This document shows positions 10,919-21,041 of a stretch of 64,000 nt of DNA, piece by piece (the first letter of the stretch is position 1; the number at the start of each line of letters is the position of its first letter). Source of the stretch: an uncultured Desulfobacterales bacterium. Its GTDB lineage: Bacteria > Desulfobacterota > Desulfobacteria > Desulfobacterales > C00003060. The position numbers and the translations under genes were made by a program. The stretch covers positions 2,022-66,021 of the forward strand of contig CAYSGJ010000178.1 of assembly GCA_964430705.1 (NCBI GenBank), read 5' to 3'. Under the pieces are notes generated by a model, which saw only the letters and a list, made by a program, of their open reading frames with translations, made no database searches and had not been told where the DNA came from.

Positions 10919-12064
10919 ATGCAGACAACCGACCGACAGGAATCCTGCAAATACGATATCTCGGAAAACGGCGAAGGAAGCATTACCCTTCACTTCCAGG
11001 GAAGAATAGAGGCTTCCAACGCAGGCCGACTTATCAAGGAGCTTCAAGAGTTTCTGCAGTCTCGATTGCCTCGCGCCTTGACGATCGACCTTGGCAAGGT
11101 CACCTACCTTGATGATTTTGGCGCCCTGGTGCTTGTGGAAGCCAAAAAAATGGTCCCTGACGGCAAGAAACATTTTTCATTAAAAAATGTGAGTCCGGCG
11201 GCCGGCAGCGTGTTGGCGGTACTGAATTTCGACATCTTGGGAAAAAGGGAGATCCGTCAAAAGAAAAGGCTTCCCAACATTTTGGTCCGCCTTGGGGAAG
11301 GGACTATCGACCTTGCATCAGACCTGAAATACATGATTTCTTTTGTAGGATCCGTCTGCCTGTCATTGATTTACGTCTGTCTGCACCCCGGGTCGCTGCG
11401 AAAAGATGATACCTTCGTGTGCATGCAAAAAGCCGGCGTGGATGCCTTGCCTATCGTCGGCTTGATCAGCTTTCTCATGGGTCTCATCATGGCCTTTATG
11501 TCTTCCGTACAACTTCAACAATTCGGCGCCAACATCTACGTGGCCTCCCTGGTGAGCCTGGCAATGACACGAGAGCTTGGTCCTATCATGACAGCCATTA
11601 TTGTGGCCGGCAGATCAGGATCCGCCTTTGCGGCCGAGATAGGAACCATGAAAATCAATGAAGAGGTTGACGCCCTGTTTACCATGGGCTTTGATCCCAC
11701 ACGGTTTTTGGTAATTCCAAAGATTATTGCGTCGGTCATCGTAGTGCCCCTTCTGACCTTGTTTTCCGATCTGTTTGCCATTATGGGAGGCTTAATCGTC
11801 GGCGTTTTTACCCTTGACCTGACGGCTAATGCCTACATCACCCAAACGTTAAAAACGCTCAGCCTTTTCGATGTGTTTCTGGGATTTTTCAAAAGCATTG
11901 TTTTTGCACTCCTTGTTTCCTGGGTGGGGTGTCTTCGGGGCTTCCAGGTTAAAGGCGGCGCCTCCTCAGTGGGTCAAGCCACGACGTCTGCGGTTGTAAG
12001 CGGCATATTCTTGATCATCCTGTTCAATTCGGCCTTTTCCGTCATCCTTCGGTATTGGGAGTAA
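10919..12064 (+). CDS. MlaE-family ABC permease with N-terminal STAS domain
   Basis: The N-terminal ~100 aa is STAS-like (LTIDLGKVTYLDDFGALVLVE). The remainder is a multi-TM MlaE/YrbE-type permease. Starts 4 nt after the upstream gene. Confidence 0.85.
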   Translation: MQTTDRQESCKYDISENGEGSITLHFQGRIEASNAGRLIKELQEFLQSRLPRALTIDLGKVTYLDDFGALVLVEAKKMVPDGKKHFSLKNVSPAAGSVLAVLNFDILGKREIRQKKRLPNILVRLGEGTIDLASDLKYMISFVGSVCLSLIYVCLHPGSLRKDDTFVCMQKAGVDALPIVGLISFLMGLIMAFMSSVQLQQFGANIYVASLVSLAMTRELGPIMTAIIVAGRSGSAFAAEIGTMKINEEVDALFTMGFDPTRFLVIPKIIASVIVVPLLTLFSDLFAIMGGLIVGVFTLDLTANAYITQTLKTLSLFDVFLGFFKSIVFALLVSWVGCLRGFQVKGGASSVGQATTSAVVSGIFLIILFNSAFSVILRYWE

Positions 12065-12073
12065 AAAGACCTC

Positions 12074-12841
12074 ATGGGCAGACAACCGATCATAGAAGTC
12101 AGGGATTTGGTGGCCAAGTACGGAGACGATACCATTGTTGATCGTGTCTCTTTCGATGTCTACGAAGGGGAAATATTCGGCATTCTGGGCGGAAGCGGAA
12201 GCGGAAAGAGCACACTGCTAAAGCACCTGATCGGACTCATCCGCCCCCATTCCGGGCGGATTGTTGTTGACGGTGACGACATTTCTGCTTGTAGTGAAAA
12301 AACATACCGAAAAATGCTGAAAAAAATTGGTGTGCTCTATCAAGGCGGCGCCTTGCTGGGTTCCATGACCCTGGCAGAGAATGTGGCCTTGCCCGTCAAA
12401 GAGTATACGGATTTGCCGGAAGACTCGGTGAATACCCTGGTCAAGATCAAGCTGAGTCTGGTAGACCTGAGCGGGTACGAAAACCATCTGCCCTCGGAAC
12501 TCAGCGGGGGAATGAAAAAGAGGGCCGGCCTTGCCAGGGCCATGGCGCTAAACCCCCGGATTCTTTTTTTTGACGAACCTTCTGCAGGTCTCGACCCGGT
12601 GACCTCGGTTGAGTTGGACAACCTGATCATTCATTTAAACAAAAGCCTGGGAACCACGATGGTCATTGTTACCCATGAACTTGAAAGCATTTTCGCCGTG
12701 GCACAACGGGTCATTATGCTGGACAAACGCAGCAGGACAATTATTGCCGAAGGCGATCCCGCGTATTTGCGGGATCACAGCCGAAACCCTTTTGTAAAAA
12801 AGTTTTTCACCCGCAGCGCGGCAATTCCAGAGGAAGGATAA
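12074..12841 (+). CDS. ABC transporter ATP-binding protein (MlaF-like)
   Basis: Walker A GGSGSGKST, signature LSGGMKKR, Walker B ILFFDEP. Confidence 0.9.
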   Translation: MGRQPIIEVRDLVAKYGDDTIVDRVSFDVYEGEIFGILGGSGSGKSTLLKHLIGLIRPHSGRIVVDGDDISACSEKTYRKMLKKIGVLYQGGALLGSMTLAENVALPVKEYTDLPEDSVNTLVKIKLSLVDLSGYENHLPSELSGGMKKRAGLARAMALNPRILFFDEPSAGLDPVTSVELDNLIIHLNKSLGTTMVIVTHELESIFAVAQRVIMLDKRSRTIIAEGDPAYLRDHSRNPFVKKFFTRSAAIPEEG

Positions 12842-12847
12842 TTCGCA

Positions 12848-13843
12848 GTGGCGTCCCGAAAAACCAAATTTACAGTAGGACTTTTTGTAGTCAGCGGGGT
12901 GATCGTTGCTTTGTCCGCCGTCATCTGGCTGGGCATGTCGCGTTTTTTTGCAAAGGGGCAGCACTACGCCACGTACTTCAATGAGTCCGTCCAGGGGCTC
13001 GGCACCGAGTCGCCGGTCAAATACCGCGGGGTTTCCATTGGCCGGGTGGAAACCATCGGCGTGGCCCCCGATTCCAAACTCATCGAGGTGGTCTTCAAGA
13101 CTGACTCTTCCCACGCTCTGGATAAGGATGTCGTGGCCCAGCTGAAATCCGTGGGCATCACCGGAAGTATGTTTGTCGAACTCGACAGAAAACGACCCGG
13201 AGAGGCGGATCGATCCCCTGCTTTGAGTTTTCCCTCAGAATATCCCATTGTGGCCTCAAAACCATCTGAAATCAGCAAACTGGTCAGGGGCCTTGATGAT
13301 GTCCTTGATCAGATTCGATCCCTGGACTTGAAAGGAATTTCCGACAAAATCAAGCTCAACCTGGACGACATCAACCGGGCCATCCACGATGCCGATGTGC
13401 CGGGTCTCTCAAAAAACATGCGGTCTTCGCTGGCCCGCGTGGGTCGCGTATTCGACAATGACCGATGGGACGCAGTCATAGCGGAGGTGGAACAAGCCGG
13501 AGAATCGCTTAATGCCCTGCTCCAAAATGCCAGCCGAGGACTGGGCCGCGTGGAAGGACTCGTCAGCAGAAACGAAGGGGCGGTCGACGCAGCGATTGGA
13601 AATTTCCAAAAGGCCATGGAAACGGCGACCGTATTCCTGGAAAAAGGGACATCCTTGGTCAGTGGCACGGACAAATCCCAAGCCCAGCTTCGGCGCCATA
13701 TGTTGATCGTCGCCCAAAACCTTGAAAAGGCAAGCGAGAATCTGCAACGGCTTATCGACCTGTTGGCCGACCAACCCTCACAACTCGTATTTGGACAGCC
13801 ACCGGAGCCAAGAAGGATCGATCCGGAAGTGGATGAAAGGTAA
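12848..13843 (+). CDS. MCE/MlaD-family substrate-binding protein
   Basis: N-terminal TM anchor followed by an MCE domain (PVKYRGVSIGRVE) and a long helical C-terminus. GTG start. Confidence 0.85.
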   Translation: MASRKTKFTVGLFVVSGVIVALSAVIWLGMSRFFAKGQHYATYFNESVQGLGTESPVKYRGVSIGRVETIGVAPDSKLIEVVFKTDSSHALDKDVVAQLKSVGITGSMFVELDRKRPGEADRSPALSFPSEYPIVASKPSEISKLVRGLDDVLDQIRSLDLKGISDKIKLNLDDINRAIHDADVPGLSKNMRSSLARVGRVFDNDRWDAVIAEVEQAGESLNALLQNASRGLGRVEGLVSRNEGAVDAAIGNFQKAMETATVFLEKGTSLVSGTDKSQAQLRRHMLIVAQNLEKASENLQRLIDLLADQPSQLVFGQPPEPRRIDPEVDER

Positions 13844-13856
13844 ACGGAGGTTCGCC

Positions 13857-14483
13857 ATGAATCGGCCACGCAGCAAGGCGGTTTTACTCTTCACTTTGCT
13901 CTGTTTATTAAACGGATGCATGAATTTGAAACAACCAAGTCGCAAGATCGATTATTATACCTTGGAATATGATCCCCCAAGCCTGTCGGTGTCCGAACCG
14001 CTTCCTTTGGTTCTGAGGATGGAACGTTTCACCATCGCTCCGACCTACAACACAAACCATGTGGTATTTCGAGACAAATCGTTCAAAAGGAATATGTATG
14101 TCTATCACCAATGGCGGGCCAACCCGGCGGACCTGGTGAGCTATTTCCTGTACCGGGACATCAGGCAATCCGGTTTGTGTAAAGCGGTATTGCCTTACAC
14201 TAGCGGTTTTGACGCCTCTTATGTCTTGGATGGCTCGGTAGATGAGTTTTTTGAGTGGGATAAGGATGGCCACTGGCAGGCAATACTATCGCTTGGCATC
14301 ACCCTCATGGCCGAAGACGAACCGGATGTAAGAAAAAGAATCTTGCTCCAGAACAACTACCACATCAAAGAAACCTGCCAACGAAAAAACCCCCAGGCCT
14401 TGGCAGAAGCGATGAGCCGCGCCATGGCAAAACTTTCCAAGAAAATCATGGAAGACGTCTACCGTTGTCTCAAAACAACATGA
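13857..14483 (+). CDS. ABC-transport auxiliary lipoprotein (PqiC/DUF330-like)
   Basis: Internal ATG at 13857 gives a signal peptide with lipobox LLNGC. Its position after the MCE gene is typical. Confidence 0.7.
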   Translation: MNRPRSKAVLLFTLLCLLNGCMNLKQPSRKIDYYTLEYDPPSLSVSEPLPLVLRMERFTIAPTYNTNHVVFRDKSFKRNMYVYHQWRANPADLVSYFLYRDIRQSGLCKAVLPYTSGFDASYVLDGSVDEFFEWDKDGHWQAILSLGITLMAEDEPDVRKRILLQNNYHIKETCQRKNPQALAEAMSRAMAKLSKKIMEDVYRCLKTT

Positions 14484-15705
14484 CTCCGACCTGCGTGCCT
14501 TCGTCCAGGCCCTCTGAATTCTTGTCGATCCTGACGAGCCCGTCGGCTTTCACCATGGTGTGCAAAAGGCCGGACTTGCCCAAAACCGGCTCAGCCACCA
14601 GGCCTTTTTCGCGCCGAACCAATCTGACGCGGACATAGTCCTCTCTGCCCTGAACGGAAGAAAGGTTCCGGCTTAATGTGGCACCGACCGCCCGGGCGCC
14701 CTGCGAAGCGTTTAGCGAACAGCCTCCTATTGTCCGCAACGCGGGACCCACCATGACATGAAAGACAATCATGGCGGAAGTCACCTGGCCGGGAAGCCCC
14801 CACAGAATCTTTTGTTCGCTTCGAGCCAATATCGTCGGTTTACCGGGGCTAATGGATACCCCTTGGACCAGGATTTCCGATTCGGGAAGTCCCAGAAGCA
14901 CCTCCAAGGTAAAATCCCGGGCGCCAACCGAACTCCCTCCGGATATCAGCACCATATCGGCCACGGCCAAGGCCTGTCGACACAACCGATTCAAATCCTC
15001 GAAGGTGTCCTTGGCAATGCCGACAAAAATAGGTATCCCGCCGTTCATCCGGACAAAGCCCCCCAATGTATGGGCATTTACGTCCCTGAGTTGGCACGGA
15101 CCAGGGGTCTTTTCAACAGGCACGATCTCATCTCCAGACGAGACAATAGCCACCAGGGGTCTTTTATAAACCGATACGCAGGTCTTGCCGAGGGCCGCCA
15201 ATACGCCCAATTCTTGGGGTCGAACCAAGCTACCCCTTAAAAGGACGGGTCGGCCTTTGCGCAAGTCTTCTCCTGCCTCCATGACATGCTGCAGGGGTGA
15301 AGCGCTCTTACAGACCTCAAGGGTCGTTTCGTCGATCTTCTGGCAATATTCCACCATGACAACGCTGTCTGCTCCCGGCGGAAGCATCCCGCCGGTGGGA
15401 ATCTGGACAGCCTCGCCGGCCTTGACGGAAACTGTCGGCACCTCTCCCATCTCCACGGACCCCACGATGGAAAACAAGGCAGGGGTACCTTCTGAAGCAC
15501 CGAACGTGGAGCGTGCCTGAACGGCATATCCGTCCATGGTGGCCCGGTTGAACTCGGGAAGATTGATGTCCGAAACAATATCCTCAGCCAGAACGCGGCC
15601 CACGCATCGATCCAGGGGGTGGGCTTGCGTTCCCACGGCCGGAAACGCATGAATCAACGTCAACACTTCTTGCAATGAGGTTACTTTGAAGAAGTCTTTT
15701 TCCAT
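14470..15705 (-). CDS. moeA: molybdopterin molybdotransferase
   Basis: MoeA domain order, with a MoCF-biosynthesis core (ISGGSSVG) and typical N-terminal and C-terminal domains. The start is trimmed to the ATG just after the moaC stop. Confidence 0.9.
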   Translation of the reverse strand: MEKDFFKVTSLQEVLTLIHAFPAVGTQAHPLDRCVGRVLAEDIVSDINLPEFNRATMDGYAVQARSTFGASEGTPALFSIVGSVEMGEVPTVSVKAGEAVQIPTGGMLPPGADSVVMVEYCQKIDETTLEVCKSASPLQHVMEAGEDLRKGRPVLLRGSLVRPQELGVLAALGKTCVSVYKRPLVAIVSSGDEIVPVEKTPGPCQLRDVNAHTLGGFVRMNGGIPIFVGIAKDTFEDLNRLCRQALAVADMVLISGGSSVGARDFTLEVLLGLPESEILVQGVSISPGKPTILARSEQKILWGLPGQVTSAMIVFHVMVGPALRTIGGCSLNASQGARAVGATLSRNLSSVQGREDYVRVRLVRREKGLVAEPVLGKSGLLHTMVKADGLVRIDKNSEGLDEGTQVGVMLF

Positions 15706-15707
15706 GG

Positions 15708-16208
15708 CTATCGCCTGACGAACGTGCCGCTTTTGCCTCCTGATTTTTTCAAAAGACAAATATCTGAAATGGTCATGGCACGGTCATGAGATTTGCACAT
15801 GTCATACATGGTCAGGGCGGCAACCGACACGGCCGTCAGGGCTTCCATTTCTACGCCTGTCTGCCCGGCAAGCCGAACGGTCGCTTCAATCCGGAAACTG
15901 TGCGTTTCATCTTCCGGGAAAAAATCCACCCGGGCATGACTGATCGCCAGGGGATGACACATGGGAATGAGCGCCGACGTGTTCTTTGCAGCCATAATGC
16001 CTGCGACACGGGCAGTTTCCAAGACGTTTCCTTTCTTTACCTTTTGGCTTCTTATAAGCTCAAAAGTTTCAGTCTTCATGGCGATGCGTCCTTGCGCTAT
16101 GGCTTCCCGCAGTGTGACGGGCTTATCAGAGACATCGACCATGCGAACCTTTCCTTCGCTGTCAAGATGGCTGAACTCTACCACGGGGTTTCCTTTCTTT
16201 TTTTTCAC
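15708..16208 (-). CDS. moaC: cyclic pyranopterin monophosphate synthase
   Basis: MoaC motifs SHLD..G...MVDVS.K and IPMCHPL, with a typical length. Confidence 0.95.
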   Translation of the reverse strand: MKKKKGNPVVEFSHLDSEGKVRMVDVSDKPVTLREAIAQGRIAMKTETFELIRSQKVKKGNVLETARVAGIMAAKNTSALIPMCHPLAISHARVDFFPEDETHSFRIEATVRLAGQTGVEMEALTAVSVAALTMYDMCKSHDRAMTISDICLLKKSGGKSGTFVRR

Positions 16209-16564
16209 ACGATAAAATGTTCGGTCTTGTGAGTAACCTGTTTCTTGACGGCATTGAGGGTATCTTCCAACACCGGGATGACGCGATCCCGGATATCTCC
16301 GGCCACCACCAGGTGCATGACCACATCACCTGCTTGCAAGCGGCCTTCTTGAATTTCGACAAGCACTTCCACAATACCGGGCTTGCCCCGCTGTTCGACA
16401 AGGATGGTTTCCAGGGCATGGGAGTCTACGGTAAGGTCCAGGCCGGAAACAGGGCGCCCGTCTCTGGAAGTGCCTCGTACCACCCCCACATGGCACAGGA
16501 TCATGCCCACGCCCGAAAAATCCGGATGGGCTCTAACAGCCTCGATCAGGGCGGCAAGATCCAT
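16205..16564 (-). CDS. short MoaE-like protein (molybdopterin synthase large-subunit-like)
   Basis: 119 aa. The residue pattern G.I..H.G.VRG...L..GD.V...V.AG..R resembles the MoaE core. Linked to moaC-moeA by a 4-nt overlap. The assignment is tentative. Confidence 0.45.
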   Translation of the reverse strand: MDLAALIEAVRAHPDFSGVGMILCHVGVVRGTSRDGRPVSGLDLTVDSHALETILVEQRGKPGIVEVLVEIQEGRLQAGDVVMHLVVAGDIRDRVIPVLEDTLNAVKKQVTHKTEHFIV

Positions 16565-16601
16565 CTTTTTCTCCTTTCTTTGACAGGGATATTTGAAACT
16601 A

Positions 16602-17804
16602 TTATTCGGCAGGGTCGTTGGCGGATTGCGGTACGGGCGTTTTCACCTTGAGTCGAACGGAAAAAATCGTGCCCTTGCCGGGCTGCGTTTTCACCTGAAT
16701 CTCTCCGCCGAGTTCATGGACGATCTTCTGGGTAACCAACAGACCCAGACCGGTGCCCCGTCCGCCTTTTGTGCTGAAAAACCGACTGAAAAGTTTTGCC
16801 TTTTGTTCATTCGTCATACCAACGCCGTTATCCGTGACTTCCAGCAGAAATGTGTCCCCCGACCCCCCGTTTTTTTCCAGCCTGGTGCGCAAAACCACCT
16901 CCCAGGATTTCGTCGTATCAGGATCGAAGATGCACGCATCAATGGCATTGGAGAGCAGATTGAGCAGCACGCGGTAAATACCATCGCGATCCGTGTAGGC
17001 TTGCTTGAGATTTTCGTCTAAGACCGTTTTGATTGTAACCCCGTGCTCCCTTGCCTTTTCCTTGAACAGCTCTGCAGCATCCCGGACTATGTCATTGGGG
17101 CTGCACGGGTTGGGCTCCGGGGTCCTGTCCTTGGAATAGCGAAGCAGATCCAGCACCAGCTCCGAAACTTTTTCGATATTGCGTTGGACCATGGACCAGC
17201 CTTCCCGCAACATCTGGGGTTTGTCTCCGGCCATGCCGCGGTTGACCATGTAGGTGCCTCCCCGCAATCCGGTCAATATATTCTTAATATAGTGCGCCAG
17301 GCCTGCCACGGTCTCCCCGATAGTGGCCAGCCTTTCGTTCTTGATCAGTTCCGCCTGTGCCTGTTTTAATTCCAGCGTACAGGCATCGACCTTCTGCTCC
17401 AGGTTGTCCGTGTAATCTTTCAGTTGCTGATTGAGGGATATCTTCTTCTTGGCCCTCTCAATGGACAACATCAAGATCTCGTCCCGAATGGGTTTGGTAA
17501 TAAAGTCCGAGGCCCCGCTCCGAATCGCTGAAATGGCTGAATCCATATCTCCGTGGCCCGTAATGACAATGACCTCCGTCTCGCTGTCAAGGGCCTTGAT
17601 CTGTTTGAGCACCTCAATACCGTCCATTCCCGGCATTTTAATATCCGTCAGGACCAGCTTAGGCCTTTGCTCGGCAAATACCTTCAGCGCTTCTCTGCCG
17701 TTTTCCGCGGTGCGCACCTCGTATCCCTCACTGGACAGAGACATCTCCAGCATTTCGCGGATCGGTGGCTCATCGTCGATAATCAGAAGCTTATTCAAGT
17801 CCAT
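16602..17804 (-). CDS. hybrid response regulator-histidine kinase (REC-HisKA-HATPase)
   Basis: REC (LLIIDDEP...LTDIKMPGMDG), H-box LAHYIKN, and G-boxes DNGVGM and GRGTGLGL. The start is trimmed to MDLNKLL. Confidence 0.85.
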   Translation of the reverse strand: MDLNKLLIIDDEPPIREMLEMSLSSEGYEVRTAENGREALKVFAEQRPKLVLTDIKMPGMDGIEVLKQIKALDSETEVIVITGHGDMDSAISAIRSGASDFITKPIRDEILMLSIERAKKKISLNQQLKDYTDNLEQKVDACTLELKQAQAELIKNERLATIGETVAGLAHYIKNILTGLRGGTYMVNRGMAGDKPQMLREGWSMVQRNIEKVSELVLDLLRYSKDRTPEPNPCSPNDIVRDAAELFKEKAREHGVTIKTVLDENLKQAYTDRDGIYRVLLNLLSNAIDACIFDPDTTKSWEVVLRTRLEKNGGSGDTFLLEVTDNGVGMTNEQKAKLFSRFFSTKGGRGTGLGLLVTQKIVHELGGEIQVKTQPGKGTIFSVRLKVKTPVPQSANDPAE

Positions 17805-17916
17805 GGCTTCCTGTTTCCAAAACGTAAAGGCCCCTAAAGTGAACGCATGGAAAATACCACACACCCCGTTTAAACCGAAAAGCACAAAGAAGAAGGAAAA
17901 CGTTGGGAAAGCATTT

Positions 17917-17947
17917 TCAAAAACAAAACTCCCCGCCCAACGGGGAG
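17917..17947 (-). terminator. rho-independent terminator candidate
   Basis: Minus-strand hairpin CTCCCCG-TTGGG-CGGGGAG followed by a T-rich run (plus-strand A-run 17917-17928). It lies ~200 nt downstream of the receiver gene. Confidence 0.5.
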
Positions 17948-18147
17948 TTACCCGGGGCCACGCCCGGCAAATTATTTCCTAGCCGCAATCACGGCTCGGC
18001 ATTGCACACAGTAAACGAATGGGCGCCGACAAAAAGCCTTCCAGCATCACCCTTGACACAGGACCTGTTTTTCGTCACTTTTCCCTCCGGAAAAGCGGGC
18101 GAAAAGATGACGATACGGCGATCGTGCCCCTTAAAGACCTCCGGAAG

Positions 18148-18579
18148 CTATTCTTTTAACGCACGTTTGATGGCTTTCATCAATTCGTCAGGATCGATCG
18201 GTTTTTCAACATAGCCGTCCGGAATCGTATATTTAGTCAGACCCGTTGTTTCCACGAACTTCTTTTCATCTTTCAGTGGTTGCTTATACATGAAATTCCT
18301 GAAATCAACACCGGTCACTTCGGACACGCCCGTCACCACCACCACAGGAATTTGACTCAACTCCGGATCTTTCCGCAATTCCTGAAACATGGTAATGCCA
18401 CTTTTTTTCGGCATCATCAGGTCTAAAAGCACCAAATCAGGCTTCTCCCTGCGAAGGGCTTCCAGCCCTTCAACGCCGTCCTTCGCGCTCACAGTAGCGT
18501 ATCCGTTTTCTTCGAGAATCGCGCTGAGGAAGGTAACGATATCCGGTTCATCGTCGATAATGAGAACTTGCTTCGACAT
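18148..18579 (-). CDS. single-domain response regulator (CheY-like)
   Basis: REC motifs VLIIDDEPD and LVLLDLMMPKKSG, with a conserved K near the C-terminus. Confidence 0.9.
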   Translation of the reverse strand: MSKQVLIIDDEPDIVTFLSAILEENGYATVSAKDGVEGLEALRREKPDLVLLDLMMPKKSGITMFQELRKDPELSQIPVVVVTGVSEVTGVDFRNFMYKQPLKDEKKFVETTGLTKYTIPDGYVEKPIDPDELMKAIKRALKE

Positions 18580-18697
18580 CTAAGCCTCCTTATGCCTGTT
18601 GTCGCAAGGGACCTGTGGTTTGTTGCAAATCAAATAATCTGAAAAATATGTTATGCCCGGCAAGAAATCCCATCCCCAAAACGAAAGTTCAAAATGG

Positions 18698-19180
18698 CTA
18701 CATGCCGAGAAGCATGCTGATTTCCGGATGTTTGGAAATAACCTTCAAAAATTGCGCGGTGCGTCGTTCCACGCGGTTTTCCAGTATCCTGGCTGCCTTC
18801 TTCATCACAAAAAAACCCATGGTATGATCGCCGGAAAGGACTTCGGAGAACTTGGCCGCCGGCATGATAATGACTTCGCTTGGCTCCGCACAAACCGCAT
18901 ACGAGCTGTGGATTGTGGCTGGGAACAGGGCGGACCAACCAAAAGAATATCCCGGCTTGATAGCTCCCACAGAGATGATAAATTCCGGGGCAAGCTCTGC
19001 CTCCAACAACACCTTTCCCCTTTTGAGGGAATAGAAATGGTCGGGCGAACCGCCTGCTTCGTAAACGATGTGTCTGTCGTCCATGGACTCCTTTTCAGAA
19101 ATAGGACACAGCCTTTCAAGCATTTCATCCGTCAGATCTTCAAAAAGCACAATGCCTCTGAGGTCCTGTAGAGAAACCAT
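18698..19180 (-). CDS. stand-alone cyclic-nucleotide-binding domain protein
   Basis: 160 aa cNMP-binding beta-barrel pattern (G..FGWSALF) with no DNA-binding domain. Confidence 0.8.
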   Translation of the reverse strand: MVSLQDLRGIVLFEDLTDEMLERLCPISEKESMDDRHIVYEAGGSPDHFYSLKRGKVLLEAELAPEFIISVGAIKPGYSFGWSALFPATIHSSYAVCAEPSEVIIMPAAKFSEVLSGDHTMGFFVMKKAARILENRVERRTAQFLKVISKHPEISMLLGM

Positions 19181-19268
19181 TTGTGTCTCCTCTCCATTTG
19201 CCGGCAGGAAATGGACAACACCCTACCCCGGCAAGGCGTTTCTTGCGCCTTTTCAGGACAAGGTCTTA

Positions 19269-21041
19269 TCACATTAAAAGAAAAACAACTACCAAAAAAA
19301 CAGTGGCTACGGCAGCGCTTATTCCTACCGGTACTGTGCCGGTCTTGAGGGCTGCACGGGTTCTGGTGATTTTTGCCTCAAGGTTTTCGCCTTTGGCGCC
19401 GCCCGCAGTCCACAAAGGGACCATCGTTCCAAGGACAAGCATCTCGGGCATACGCCTTGAGACCCAGCCAAGAAATCGAGGCAGCCCCTTTGCGATGAAT
19501 CGATCCGAGGCCCTGTTGACGGTATTAAACACCCTGTCCACTACCGAGTAAAAGAATCTACCGCCCATTCGGTAGAACCAGTCGGCATCCAGATTGACAC
19601 AGCGCATCTCCGGCGGATAAATCCCCGCCAGCAAAAGCAAGGTAAATGCCAGGGCGGAGAAGAACAGTATTTGCGTCTGGGCCACAACATGAGGCATGGT
19701 ATAAGGTTCATACTCAACAGGATATGGAAGCAGACTATAAAGCGGGCCCGGATTCGACCCAATAAAGATGCACAAAAAGGCGGCGATCCCCATGGCGATG
19801 AGCATGTTCAGCGGAGCCTCCTTGGGCCTCATGCCGGAATCGTGTCCAAAAAAGGCAAAGAAGGGGATCTTGATGCCTGCGTGGTGAAATACGCCGGCTG
19901 AGGCAAATAACAAGATAAACCATACAATCCTAAGATGGCCCTGTCCGGCCGCATCCATAACCATGGACTTGCTCACAAAGCCGCTGAAAAGGGGAAACGC
20001 GGAAATGGATGCGGCGCCTACCATGCAAAATATGCACGTAAGCGGCATGGTCCTGTACAACCCCCCAAGGGCGGTGCCGTTGATTTTTCCCGTTCGGTAC
20101 ATCACGGCGCCCATGGACATGAAAAGCAGCGCCTTAAATAAAATATCGTTAAAGGCATGGCACACTGCGCCATTGATGCCCAGATGGGTGCCTATCCCTA
20201 TGCCGACCACCATAAACCCCACCTGGTTAATCAAACTGTAGGCAAGCACTCTTCTGAGGTCATTCTCAATGACCGCATAGAAGATAGGAAATCCGGTCAT
20301 AATCGCCCCAATCCATATCAGGGCCTCCGTTCCGGGAAAGGCCCTCGCCAGGGCATACACCGCACACTTGGTCGTAAAGGCGCTCAAGAAGATGGTTCCC
20401 GTAATGGTTGCCTCGGGATAGGCGTCGGTCAACCATGGATGCAGCACCGGCCAGGCACAGTTCAAGCCGAAACCGATGAATATGAAGTAGGCCGCAGGCC
20501 CGCTCAATCCGATATAACCGAACTCAATAGAGCCCGTTTGATGTGCCAGCAACACGATGCCCGTGAGCAGACACAGCCCCCCGGCAGCATGAACCAGAAG
20601 ATACCGGAACCCCGCGCCCTGGGCGGCCTTTGTCCTTCGAGCCCAGATAAGAAATATGGATGCTACCGTGAGCATCTCCCAGAAGACGAAGAATGAAAAA
20701 AGATCCCCCGCAAAGACGACCCCCAGCGCTGCTCCCGCATAAATAAGGCCGGCCACATGTTGGACGTCATCTTTCACGTGCAGGGCGTACATAATAGCGA
20801 TAAAGGATATGAGATGAAAGATGTAACCAAAAAGCAGGCTCAGCCTGTCCACTTTTCCAAAAACGATCTCAAAGCCTAAAAACTCGACAACCCAATGCGT
20901 CCCGTGGGGAATATGAATCAAGTTCACAAAACCGACCACCGGGATCAGCAGCATGAACCCACTTTTCCACTTTCCCTTGATGAGGGGAACCAACAACCCT
21001 CCGACAATGAATATCAGGGCCGGCGGAACAATATCAATCAT
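19269..21041 (-). CDS. NuoL/MrpA-N-like antiporter subunit with C-terminal amphipathic extension and terminal TM
   Basis: 590 aa multi-TM proton-antiporter family protein (DRLS motif, conserved K/H-rich TM core). An extra ~100-aa C-terminus ends in the TM segment VPVGISAAVATVFLVVVFLLM. Confidence 0.85.
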   Translation of the reverse strand: MIDIVPPALIFIVGGLLVPLIKGKWKSGFMLLIPVVGFVNLIHIPHGTHWVVEFLGFEIVFGKVDRLSLLFGYIFHLISFIAIMYALHVKDDVQHVAGLIYAGAALGVVFAGDLFSFFVFWEMLTVASIFLIWARRTKAAQGAGFRYLLVHAAGGLCLLTGIVLLAHQTGSIEFGYIGLSGPAAYFIFIGFGLNCAWPVLHPWLTDAYPEATITGTIFLSAFTTKCAVYALARAFPGTEALIWIGAIMTGFPIFYAVIENDLRRVLAYSLINQVGFMVVGIGIGTHLGINGAVCHAFNDILFKALLFMSMGAVMYRTGKINGTALGGLYRTMPLTCIFCMVGAASISAFPLFSGFVSKSMVMDAAGQGHLRIVWFILLFASAGVFHHAGIKIPFFAFFGHDSGMRPKEAPLNMLIAMGIAAFLCIFIGSNPGPLYSLLPYPVEYEPYTMPHVVAQTQILFFSALAFTLLLLAGIYPPEMRCVNLDADWFYRMGGRFFYSVVDRVFNTVNRASDRFIAKGLPRFLGWVSRRMPEMLVLGTMVPLWTAGGAKGENLEAKITRTRAALKTGTVPVGISAAVATVFLVVVFLLM

